64,000 nt of DNA from a virus. The stretch spans positions 1 through 64,000 of the IMG/VR virus record IMGVR_UViG_3300028416_000501. One strand, 5' to 3'. This document shows positions 9,518-17,987 of the stretch, piece by piece (within the stretch, counting starts at the first letter, position 1; each line of letters begins with the position of its first letter). The notes beneath the pieces were generated by a model that worked only from the letters and a program-made list of their open reading frames with translations, did not search any database and was not told the DNA's origin. Position numbers and translations under genes: made by a program.

Positions 9518-10177
9518 ATGAAAATACATGATATCATAACTGAAAATAACGGTGTTAAGAGAGTTAACACTGGTATTGACATGAAGGCAGCACTGGCTAA
9601 ACGAGCTGCACAGATATCATCACCAGGAACTAATCCAACCTTAAATACTAGAACAAACGTTACTAGAAATAGCAATTCAGCTACAGGTACTACACATAAA
9701 ACATTTAGCAAGTATATATCTAAAACAGGCGATCTGGGTGGAACATCATTAAGTAAAGTAAACAATATAAAAAAATCAGCAGATGGAGCCACAGGCACTA
9801 GCACAAAACGATTTGTTAGACCAGGTGGAGCAGGAACACAAAGCGTAACAGACGTTGGTACTGGGCAAACAACTAATACTAAGTTCCAATTAAAAGGTCC
9901 ACAAAGTTGGGCATACGATAAACCAAAAACAACTAATAAGGTAGCTAACCTAAATGCTTCTAAGAAAATAAAAGAAGATGGTGTAATTGTTCCAGGTGTT
10001 AACACTACAGTAGATGTTAAGCCAGGGCAAACTGAAAAAGAAGCGGCCAAGTTTTTTGGAAAAGGCAAACCAGCAGAATTACACAAAAAAGCACGTAAGA
10101 ATAGTAATGCCCATAATTTATATAATTTAGGTTTAACAGAAGATAAAGACATACCTAAAGAGGGAAAAAGAAAATAA
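9518..10177 (+). CDS. Basic virion internal protein (MKIHDIITE leader; IKE|DGVIVPGVNTTVDV module)
   Basis: Leader motif; T/G/K-rich. Confidence 0.65.
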   Translation: MKIHDIITENNGVKRVNTGIDMKAALAKRAAQISSPGTNPTLNTRTNVTRNSNSATGTTHKTFSKYISKTGDLGGTSLSKVNNIKKSADGATGTSTKRFVRPGGAGTQSVTDVGTGQTTNTKFQLKGPQSWAYDKPKTTNKVANLNASKKIKEDGVIVPGVNTTVDVKPGQTEKEAAKFFGKGKPAELHKKARKNSNAHNLYNLGLTEDKDIPKEGKRK

Positions 10178-10180
10178 GTC

Positions 10181-10489
10181 ATGATAGTTTATATTGTACA
10201 AATGGAAAAGTCAAAAACAGCAGGTTGTCATTCCGTTGATTACAGAGATGTAGATGAGCCTCACAGATATGTAGCAGGAGTATTCACTAATTATAAGCAA
10301 GCACACAAGGCAGGCGAAACAGAAGTTAAATGGCGCCATGGAAGATACAATTATCATATACATGATTGTGTCTTAGATCATATTAACAAGAGTAAAATAA
10401 AATATGAAATATGTGAAGAAAATACATATGGTGAGCTTGCACCAGCATACAAAATCATAGATGTAAGAAATAAACTAAATAAGAAATAA
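10181..10489 (+). CDS. Hypothetical protein
   Basis: 102 aa ORF in operon context. Confidence 0.55.
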   Translation: MIVYIVQMEKSKTAGCHSVDYRDVDEPHRYVAGVFTNYKQAHKAGETEVKWRHGRYNYHIHDCVLDHINKSKIKYEICEENTYGELAPAYKIIDVRNKLNKK

Positions 10490-10498
10490 ACTAAACAA

Positions 10499-10690
10499 AT
10501 GAAAATAAATGACATATTAAAATTACCTAATATAGAAATAGGCGACGAGATACTTGTGGGTAAATTTAAAAACCGTAAAGCAACTGTAACTGGTTTTGCA
10601 GTAGATGACAACAATCAACCTGTGTTAAAAACAACTAAAGGCGATCAAAAACTATTCAAACCTAGAATAGTTAAACTAATGGATAAGTAA
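10499..10690 (+). CDS. Small SH3-like beta protein with MKINDI leader
   Basis: IEIGDEILVGKFKNRKATV pattern; leader motif. Confidence 0.55.
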   Translation: MKINDILKLPNIEIGDEILVGKFKNRKATVTGFAVDDNNQPVLKTTKGDQKLFKPRIVKLMDK

Positions 10691-10691
10691 A

Positions 10692-11072
10692 ATGAATATA
10701 GAACTGAGACGTTTTCAGTCAACTCACCTTTTCCAATTAAGAAGTATACTAACAAAAGAAACTGCAGAACAATGTAACTTAGAGTGGCCATTCACAAAAG
10801 AGGTTGCAGAATCTTTCATTTCAAGTTATAATACATGGGGTATATGGATTAATAATGGAATACTAGCAGGTGCGGTAGAAGTCAAAGAAGACTTTGAAAC
10901 TGCATACTTTGTTAGCGAAAAGTATAGAAATGTAGGAATAGCAACAGAAGCCGTTAGGTTATGTAAAGAAGAATTTCCTGGCAAGCAACTTTGGTGTGTT
11001 ATTAATCCAAAAAACACATACAGTTTAAAAGTAGCCAATAATGCAAATTTAAGAATAAATTTTATTAGTTAG
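10692..11072 (+). CDS. GNAT (RimJ/RimL-like) acetyltransferase
   Basis: YRNVGIATEA acetyl-CoA motif; N..SLKV. Confidence 0.75.
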   Translation: MNIELRRFQSTHLFQLRSILTKETAEQCNLEWPFTKEVAESFISSYNTWGIWINNGILAGAVEVKEDFETAYFVSEKYRNVGIATEAVRLCKEEFPGKQLWCVINPKNTYSLKVANNANLRINFIS

Positions 11073-11079
11073 AAGAAAC

Positions 11080-11313
11080 ATGTCAAATAAAAAATTTAAT
11101 AAAGAAGAACTAAAGGACACACACGGTCCTATGAACAGTGTAGCAAAAGACGATGCATTAGTATGGGCTGGAGCACCAGACGTAAAGCATTTAAGTAAAC
11201 TAGAACCTCATAAACGTAGAGAGGTTATTGCTAAAAAACAAAAAGCAAAAAACAGTAGTAAAAAACATGATAGAAATTTAGGTAAGCAAATACTTAAAAA
11301 TATAGAGGAGTAA
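11080..11313 (+). CDS. Small basic hypothetical protein
   Basis: 77 aa ORF between GNAT and oxygenase genes. Confidence 0.55.
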   Translation: MSNKKFNKEELKDTHGPMNSVAKDDALVWAGAPDVKHLSKLEPHKRREVIAKKQKAKNSSKKHDRNLGKQILKNIEE

Positions 11314-11316
11314 CAT

Positions 11317-12078
11317 ATGGATTTTTCAACACATGATAAAGACGGAAACAAATTAAAATCAATAGTGCCGGCAGCTAACAGAAGTTTTCAGGCCAGTTGG
11401 TATGAGAATTGGAAAACCGATCCAGCATTAGTAGAACCAAGTGCAGAAGATATTAAATGTGAATTACAACTTCAAGCACTTAGTACAGTAGAACCATTGA
11501 AATGGGAAATTGACTTAGGCTGGTTCAAAAAAGAAATCAAAGCCTATGATGATAAGTGGGTTCCATATTTACGTAGAGAAGGTGTAGTAAACAACAGAGA
11601 AGGCCTATGTTTAGTAGGACTACCGGGCGATGATCCTTGGGATAGTTTAAGTATGCCTGAAGCCATAAGACGTGCAGGTAGGGAATTATCCGAATTAGAT
11701 TTTAATACTCCTACACAGTTATATCACGATTTAAAAAGTTTACAACCATTATTAGACTATTGGAGTCCTATTGGTAGAACTATAATTGTTAACAGTGGTG
11801 CAGGCGGATGGTTTCCACCACACAAAGACCAACCACTATTAAACAGAGAGTGTTTTAGAGTAGCGGCATTTGTATCAAATAATACAACACATGATGCATA
11901 TGAATGGCAAATGGATGGGCGTATTTGGCCTATTAAAGCAGGTGGTGTATACTACATAGACACACGCAAAACACATAGAACACACAGTTGGAAGCCAGAT
12001 AGCATGCATGTAATAATGAATATACCCAAAACATGGGAAAATGTTATGAAACTAATGAGTGCTACACTCAATTACTAA
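11317..12078 (+). CDS. 2OG-Fe(II) oxygenase, aspartyl/asparaginyl beta-hydroxylase-like
   Basis: GGWFPPHKD (HxD) and distal KTHRTH; cupin-type strand pattern. Confidence 0.7.
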   Translation: MDFSTHDKDGNKLKSIVPAANRSFQASWYENWKTDPALVEPSAEDIKCELQLQALSTVEPLKWEIDLGWFKKEIKAYDDKWVPYLRREGVVNNREGLCLVGLPGDDPWDSLSMPEAIRRAGRELSELDFNTPTQLYHDLKSLQPLLDYWSPIGRTIIVNSGAGGWFPPHKDQPLLNRECFRVAAFVSNNTTHDAYEWQMDGRIWPIKAGGVYYIDTRKTHRTHSWKPDSMHVIMNIPKTWENVMKLMSATLNY

Positions 12079-12096
12079 GGGTTTCTAATCGAATTA

Positions 12097-12104
12097 GATA
12101 AATA
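12097..12104 (+). promoter_or_regulatory. T4-type late promoter (GATAAATA)
   Basis: Intergenic, 5 nt before ATG 12110; preceded by TCTAAT-cga-ATTAGA hairpin. Confidence 0.6.
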
Positions 12105-12109
12105 CTTGT

Positions 12110-12316
12110 ATGAAGATTACGGACATAATAACCGAAGATGCTGACGCAGGAAGTACAATGGCAGGTAATATTGCTAGTGTTTCTTTTCCTATGACGCCCG
12201 GAACCAAGAAAAAAGACGCTCGTAAGGCAGTTGATCCTAACGGATACTTAGGTAATGGTAAACGTAAAAAGCAAAGCGTAGGTTATACCGAAGAAGTAAA
12301 GGTTATCAGACGATGA
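12110..12316 (+). CDS. Small virion protein with MKITDIITE leader
   Basis: Leader motif; late promoter. Confidence 0.65.
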   Translation: MKITDIITEDADAGSTMAGNIASVSFPMTPGTKKKDARKAVDPNGYLGNGKRKKQSVGYTEEVKVIRR

Positions 12317-12609
12317 GAGCAGACCAATTAGAAAGCATTTATGCAAAAAACAGAGACGAGCCTATGAATCCTGAAGTATTAATACAAGGATATGGTAGAC
12401 TTAATCTTAAACAAGTAGAGGCTAAAGTAGTATCTATGTTTAAAGAGATTGCACAAATGGGTGAAAACGGAGATTGGGAAAATGTTGAATACAATCTAAA
12501 CAAAGGTTTAGTACAAACATTTATAAAAGCCATCAATGAAACCTATGAAGAATTAGAAACAATTAGAAAACGCGGCGGTAAGAACAGTCGTGGCATTAAT
12601 AAGAGGTAA
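12313..12609 (+). CDS. Hypothetical protein (MRADQLE leader)
   Basis: ATGA overlap. Confidence 0.6.
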   Translation: MRADQLESIYAKNRDEPMNPEVLIQGYGRLNLKQVEAKVVSMFKEIAQMGENGDWENVEYNLNKGLVQTFIKAINETYEELETIRKRGGKNSRGINKR

Positions 12610-12613
12610 CGAC

Positions 12614-13660
12614 ATGGATAATAACCACCCAACATATAAGAAAATTGATAATACTTTCAATCGTGTTATGGACGAAATTAGCAAATTTGAAAAAGTATTT
12701 CAGCCAGGAGGCAAATTAGAACAAGCTATAATGGAAATTGAAGGTGACCCGTCATCTTTATCAAGTATAGTACTTGCATTATCAGAGGCGTTTGATGCCT
12801 TAAGAGAAGGTAGTCAAGGAGCATTAGATCACATAGACTATCCTAATGAACAATTAAGTAAGAAGAAAAAAATTACACCAGGCACACCAGTTGATATGGT
12901 AGCAGAAGGCGTATTAGACGGCGGAGACGAAGATGGATTTATGGCTCGTAGCCAATTATACTTCCTAGCCAGAGATGCAATTAAATTACACGGTATTGTA
13001 AAAGACCAAGATGATTTAGCACCATGGGTTTCGAGTAAGATTGCACAAGCTTCAAAGGATATGGATTCAGTTCGTCGTTACACTGAATACAATGCCATGA
13101 AAGCTGAAATCGAACCAGAAGCACATGCACACGAAATGCCACAAGAGATGCCACAAGAGATGAATGAAGGTACTATGATTGGCGGACTAATGAAATATGA
13201 TGGTCAACCAGAAGGCGAATATGCAGACGCAGTAGCAAGATATAAAGAATTTATGTCTCAACCTCGTCCACCAAGTGAAGCAACAACTGATATGGTACAA
13301 GGCTTTATATTTGACGATGAGTTATTAGATAGCCTAAGCGAAGCTGAAGATGGCGGAGATGTACTTGATGTTAGATATATTGTTCAAAGCAGACTAGAAG
13401 ATTTCTTTGGTCCAGACTTTGAACTAGGTGAAAGTGTTGTTTACGAAGCAAAACAAGATATGTGCCCAGAAGCATGTTGTGGAAAGCCTATAACAGAATG
13501 CAAATGTGGACCAGATTGCGAACACTGTGATTGCCATTCAAAGAACTCAGCAATGAACGAAGGCATGGATTTTGATGAAAAACGCAATGACGATTTACAA
13601 GTTATAGCAAAAGACATGTTTAAAAATGCATTAGCAAACGCTAAGAAGAAGGTGAAGTAA
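12614..13660 (+). CDS. Acidic modular protein with VAE/MNE/VYE junctions and a Cys-rich module
   Basis: Start moved to ATG 12614 after GAGGT SD; MARSQL...WVSSKIAQA module; CPEACCGKPITECKCGPDCEHCDC. Confidence 0.65.
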   Translation: MDNNHPTYKKIDNTFNRVMDEISKFEKVFQPGGKLEQAIMEIEGDPSSLSSIVLALSEAFDALREGSQGALDHIDYPNEQLSKKKKITPGTPVDMVAEGVLDGGDEDGFMARSQLYFLARDAIKLHGIVKDQDDLAPWVSSKIAQASKDMDSVRRYTEYNAMKAEIEPEAHAHEMPQEMPQEMNEGTMIGGLMKYDGQPEGEYADAVARYKEFMSQPRPPSEATTDMVQGFIFDDELLDSLSEAEDGGDVLDVRYIVQSRLEDFFGPDFELGESVVYEAKQDMCPEACCGKPITECKCGPDCEHCDCHSKNSAMNEGMDFDEKRNDDLQVIAKDMFKNALANAKKKVK

Positions 13661-13662
13661 TT

Positions 13663-14235
13663 ATGTTTACTATGGCCCAATTTGAAAAGAACGAAGATAA
13701 TAATTATCATACAGAAAATGGTATTGAAATGGCAAAACATTTTGGTACTGAAGATGAACAAAAGTTAATGTTACAAATTCAAAAAGATCATTATGCTCGT
13801 GGGCATATTAACCCAGATGAAATTGAAGCACGTAATGGTATCGTTAAAAAATATTGGCACATGCTAGAAAGCATTTGTGAAGGTGTTAGCGATGATGAAA
13901 TTGCAAAACATTACAGAATGTTAAAACTTCCAAGTATGAAGTCATGGGAAAAACTAGTTAAAATGGGCCTTCCTAAACAAAAGGCTAATGAAGACTCAGG
14001 ACATGATAGACAATATTATAGAGATCTAGACAAAGGCCAACTTAACCACACTAAATCAATGTTAATGAAAACTGCATCTCAATTAGAAGTAGCAATTAAT
14101 CAAAGATCAAAATTCAGTAGAGAATTAATGGGAAATGGCGATAAAGCCGGTACAGGCGATCTGTATAATATGTTAGACAAACTCAACAAATTAATTGAAG
14201 AGTGGGACAACGAAACAGAATTATACGGAATGTAA
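13663..14235 (+). CDS. Hypothetical modular phage protein
   Basis: 190 aa; ICE and ANE junctions. Confidence 0.6.
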   Translation: MFTMAQFEKNEDNNYHTENGIEMAKHFGTEDEQKLMLQIQKDHYARGHINPDEIEARNGIVKKYWHMLESICEGVSDDEIAKHYRMLKLPSMKSWEKLVKMGLPKQKANEDSGHDRQYYRDLDKGQLNHTKSMLMKTASQLEVAINQRSKFSRELMGNGDKAGTGDLYNMLDKLNKLIEEWDNETELYGM

Positions 14236-14246
14236 GGAGAGCTATT

Positions 14247-15608
14247 ATGAGATTAAGTAATTTAGAAGAAGGTAGTTATAATAACGCACCAGAGCCAAAG
14301 AAAATGCAAGTAACAGTTGCTGATAAAAAAAGTAACACTGAAGCATGGAAACGTTATCAAGCAGGCGACTCAAGATACGAATTTAAAAATCCAACAACTG
14401 AAGCAGAAAAACAATCAGACATTAGAGAAGATTCTAAAGGCAGAGCTGAAAGTATAAAAAACATTGACGAGATTCTAGTAAAGATGGGTGCTGATGCTCC
14501 AAGCGATATCATTGCTGATATTATGCATTGGATTGATGCACACCCAGGAGAAAACTTAGAAGACTTAATAAGACAAGCTAATGGTTATTACAACGATGAA
14601 TTAGAAGAATCAACAACAGTAACTGAAGCAGGCGGATATTACACACAACCAATATACGACATGATTAAACAACATGGTTATCCAAAAGTAATGCATGAAC
14701 TACTAACAAGTTTAGATGCAGATGTAATACAGGATTTTATAAACCGTGCAGAGTTAGATGAAAATACATATGATACTAAAGACTTTGAATTTAATCCAAG
14801 AGCTGGACATAGAGACCAAATGTCACATCCAGAAAATCGTGGATTAGATGCAAATCCAAATAAATCATATAGTCCACGTCCAAAAGCTCGTCCAAAGAAT
14901 CTTAAAGCACCTATGACAAGCCCACGTCCAAAAGCTCGTCCAAAAGATTTAGAAATGAAGTTCAATATTAATAAAGCAGTACAGCAGGCAGTAGCAAGTG
15001 AAGGCAAAAGCCCACACAAAAAAGGTACTGCAAAGTACAAAAAGCATATGGCGGCAATGCATGCAGAATCAAAGATTAATGAGTTTGGTCCTGATGAACG
15101 TTATATGAAGATTGGCAATAATACAATGATTGCAAATAAGAAAACAGGTAGTGTAAGCAGTACCTTAAATTTAGGTGGTGATAAATCAGCAACTGTTAAT
15201 AATCATCTTAACAAAGATGGTTCAGTTGGTAAAGTTAGTGCAAGAGGAACAGTAAATGGTGTAAAGTTTAAAGCCAGTAACAATGTAACCGGTACTGCAC
15301 CTAAGGCATCAGCAAGTATGCGAGGCATAACTATTAACGCATCTGAAGAACCAAAAGTTAGAGAAGCAGGTTCACCGTGGACTACTACAGGCAAGCATCC
15401 AGAAAAGATGACAACTGATGAGCTATGGAGCGAAATTGCAGTATTTGATCATATACAAGACAGAGGTGAACGTTTAACACCAAAAGATATGATGAGATTG
15501 GATTCATTGTTTAGTTACATGGATACCGCAGAAATGAACGAAGCTATAAAACGCAAAGCAGATTCTATGATGGAATCAGCTAAGTTGAAGAAAAATAAAA
15601 ACAAATAG
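14247..15608 (+). CDS. Modular virion protein (MRLSNLEE leader) with duplicated SPRPKARP motif
   Basis: Start moved to ATG 14247 after AGGAG; many xE junctions; 23-nt exact repeat at 14874 and 14922. Confidence 0.65.
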   Translation: MRLSNLEEGSYNNAPEPKKMQVTVADKKSNTEAWKRYQAGDSRYEFKNPTTEAEKQSDIREDSKGRAESIKNIDEILVKMGADAPSDIIADIMHWIDAHPGENLEDLIRQANGYYNDELEESTTVTEAGGYYTQPIYDMIKQHGYPKVMHELLTSLDADVIQDFINRAELDENTYDTKDFEFNPRAGHRDQMSHPENRGLDANPNKSYSPRPKARPKNLKAPMTSPRPKARPKDLEMKFNINKAVQQAVASEGKSPHKKGTAKYKKHMAAMHAESKINEFGPDERYMKIGNNTMIANKKTGSVSSTLNLGGDKSATVNNHLNKDGSVGKVSARGTVNGVKFKASNNVTGTAPKASASMRGITINASEEPKVREAGSPWTTTGKHPEKMTTDELWSEIAVFDHIQDRGERLTPKDMMRLDSLFSYMDTAEMNEAIKRKADSMMESAKLKKNKNK

Positions 15609-15617
15609 GAGTATATT

Positions 15618-15872
15618 ATGTTTAATTGGATAAAAAAGATGTTTGGCGCAGGCGCTAAAGAACAAGTATGGGTATCTAAGCCCAAAGTGGAAGTAAAGAA
15701 AACTGTTACTAAACCTATTGTTATTAAGCCAGCATTTAAAAACAAAAAAGAATTAGCAAAACTAACCAAAGGCAAGATGGAAGAAATCGGCAGAACGTAC
15801 GGTGTAGAACTTGATAAAAGAAAAAAGAAAGATGCACTAGTTAACGAACTTTGGAAAGCAATTAAGAAATAA
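15618..15872 (+). CDS. Small basic protein with Rho-N/HeH-like nucleic-acid-binding motif
   Basis: KGKMEEIGRTYGVELDKRKKKDALVNEL. Confidence 0.55.
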   Translation: MFNWIKKMFGAGAKEQVWVSKPKVEVKKTVTKPIVIKPAFKNKKELAKLTKGKMEEIGRTYGVELDKRKKKDALVNELWKAIKK

Positions 15873-15884
15873 GGAATTAATAAC

Positions 15885-17012
15885 ATGCGTTTAACAAAAC
15901 TATTTGAAGCAGGCGATATTGATAGAATAAAGAATTTATTAATTGACAAAATTACTTCGTCAGACGAAGAAGCATTATTAAAAAAACTACTAAATGCTAT
16001 GGAATCATCAGGAATAGATGAAAGACTTGTCCAAGCTCTTGCACAAGACCCAGATGCTAAAAGTTTTGGCGTTGACAAAATTGTTGCAGATGTAATGAAC
16101 GTTCCAGGAACAGTAGCGGAAAAGACTCACTTTGCTGATTCGTACTCAAAAGGTTTTATTAATATAAGTGAATTACTCAAAGGTAGTAAAACTACATTAG
16201 AAGCATTGTTACAAAACCAAGCAAAGATTGATCCTGCAAATGAGGAAGAACAAGCAGTTCCGTTTGTTAATAGAGTATTTAAAAGAATGCTATTAGCAGA
16301 CTACAAAGCTCAAGGCGAAGGCACAGGGGAAGTTGCTCTTGCAGTTCTTTCACCTATAATATTTAAAACAAGTGGCGGTAAAGCAGCTGTAGGTGATATA
16401 ATTGTTAAGGGTGACATAAACCATAGAGTTGAAGTTAAAGCACGAGTACCAAGTAAAGACGGTAAGGGTGCAGGTAGCCCAGGTAAATTTGCAGATGCAA
16501 AAATTTATGCAGGTTGGAGGCCAGGAAAAATGTCTGATGTAATTAAAAAATATTATCCAGAATTAGCAAATAGAGTAGCATTAGTTGAGAAGCCTAAAAT
16601 GGGAAAAACAACACACTGTATTACAGGTTCAGGACCAAACACTATTGTATCACTAATAGACCCAGAAAAGTTGCCACAATTTGCAGAAGATTTTGCTACC
16701 GTTGTGTCATTTTTAGGACCTTCATTTAAGCAAAATATAAAAAATGCTATAATAAGCAATAACTCACAAGCATTACAAGATAATGTTGTTAAAATGGTTC
16801 ACGATAAGTATTATGAAGTTAAATCTAAAAGCGAAGATGAGAAATTAGACGGTATTTTAATACTAGATATACCTAGTAACACAGTATTTTATTCACAAGG
16901 ATTTGACCAGATTCAAAAAGCAGGCGGTCAAGTACCTGGATTTTATGTAACAGATCCAAATGGCGGACCAATGGGTGAAGCCAGAGACTTTGCGCCAGGC
17001 ATTCGATTTTAA
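15885..17012 (+). CDS. PD-(D/E)XK restriction-like nuclease with MRLTKLFE leader
   Basis: GTGEVALA...GDIIV...VEVKA catalytic spacing. Confidence 0.6.
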   Translation: MRLTKLFEAGDIDRIKNLLIDKITSSDEEALLKKLLNAMESSGIDERLVQALAQDPDAKSFGVDKIVADVMNVPGTVAEKTHFADSYSKGFINISELLKGSKTTLEALLQNQAKIDPANEEEQAVPFVNRVFKRMLLADYKAQGEGTGEVALAVLSPIIFKTSGGKAAVGDIIVKGDINHRVEVKARVPSKDGKGAGSPGKFADAKIYAGWRPGKMSDVIKKYYPELANRVALVEKPKMGKTTHCITGSGPNTIVSLIDPEKLPQFAEDFATVVSFLGPSFKQNIKNAIISNNSQALQDNVVKMVHDKYYEVKSKSEDEKLDGILILDIPSNTVFYSQGFDQIQKAGGQVPGFYVTDPNGGPMGEARDFAPGIRF

Positions 17013-17016
17013 AAAT

Positions 17017-17313
17017 ATGTGGGAAATAATTGAAAGAATGGCAACAGACCGTCTATGGGTATACACTGCTCTAGTAGGAAGTATATTCGGTGCGTTGTTT
17101 GTAGCATATTTACGTGGAACTAGAATTAGTGCATGGGCTTTCAGCAAATGGTCAGCATTGCTAAACTTCTTTGTTACACGCTATGGTTGGACATGGTTCC
17201 AACAAGATCCAAATGCTTGGAAAAAATTACACCCAGAACTTACTAAACGCATAGAAGATTTAGAAAAGCGTTTAGCCTGGATAGAAAAAACTACCACACG
17301 AAAAGTAAAATAA
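17017..17313 (+). CDS. Small membrane protein
   Basis: Start moved to ATG 17017; one TM helix plus coiled-coil tail. Confidence 0.6.
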   Translation: MWEIIERMATDRLWVYTALVGSIFGALFVAYLRGTRISAWAFSKWSALLNFFVTRYGWTWFQQDPNAWKKLHPELTKRIEDLEKRLAWIEKTTTRKVK

Positions 17314-17332
17314 CAACGCTGTAAGTTGTTAT
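17310..17332 (+). terminator. Hairpin closing the late cluster
   Basis: ATAACAAC-7nt-GTTGTTAT inverted repeat at the stop codon. Confidence 0.45.
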
Positions 17333-17363
17333 ATCTCAACCTATCAAAAACCTCAAAAAACAA

Positions 17364-17392
17364 TTGACTTTATCATAATTATCGTATATAAT
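17364..17392 (+). promoter_or_regulatory. Sigma70-type promoter
   Basis: TTGACT-17nt-TATAAT, intergenic. Confidence 0.75.
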
Positions 17393-17419
17393 TATAACTA
17401 ATAAACCAGGAGAACATCT

Positions 17420-17677
17420 ATGAGCATCACATTTAATCAAGCAGATATTGAGAAACTAAAAACACTAATAAAAGAAGGTATCCAAGTAAGCCAAGAAGTG
17501 GAAACACTTAATGAAGGACTAAGAGATACTGTAAAGCATATTGCAGAAGAAATGGGTATCAAGCCTGCAATTATTAACAAAGCTATTAAGGTAGCATACA
17601 AAGGCGAACTACACAAGCATAGAGATGACTTTGATACACTTGAAACTATACTCGAAAGTGTTGGGCGTCCTGATTAA
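17420..17677 (+). CDS. T4 DsbA/GapR-like dsDNA-binding protein
   Basis: 85 aa helical protein, EGLRDTVKHIAEEMGIKPAIINKAIKVAYK pattern. Confidence 0.6.
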   Translation: MSITFNQADIEKLKTLIKEGIQVSQEVETLNEGLRDTVKHIAEEMGIKPAIINKAIKVAYKGELHKHRDDFDTLETILESVGRPD

Positions 17678-17985
17678 TGGAACAACGCAAAAAACTCAAT
17701 GACAAAATAAAAGAACTTGACAGTACTAGGGTATTTAAAAAGATAACACCCAAGGGTGATTTATCCTGGTATGTCAAGTGGGTATCAGTGATACTGATAC
17801 TAATAGCAACAACGGCTAGAGCTACAGGAACAATACCACAAGTTGACTTATGGTTTGGATTGTTTGGAACTATGGGTTGGCTATGGGTTGGTATGTTATG
17901 GCATGATAGAGCATTGGTATTTCTAAATGGTGTATTAGTTACAATCATAGTAATGGGCCTTATGAACTATTATTTTGGGGCATAG
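17677..17985 (+). CDS. Small three-TM membrane protein
   Basis: WYVKW...GWLWVGMLWHDRAL hydrophobic pattern. Confidence 0.6.
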   Translation: MEQRKKLNDKIKELDSTRVFKKITPKGDLSWYVKWVSVILILIATTARATGTIPQVDLWFGLFGTMGWLWVGMLWHDRALVFLNGVLVTIIVMGLMNYYFGA

Positions 17986-17987
17986 TT

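Noticed and set aside
9469-10182. 237-aa minus-strand ORF (also 15515-16078, 28895-29392, 45684-46199 and similar shadow ORFs)
   Set aside because: Antisense to well-supported genes, with no SD or motif; explained by codon bias of the sense gene
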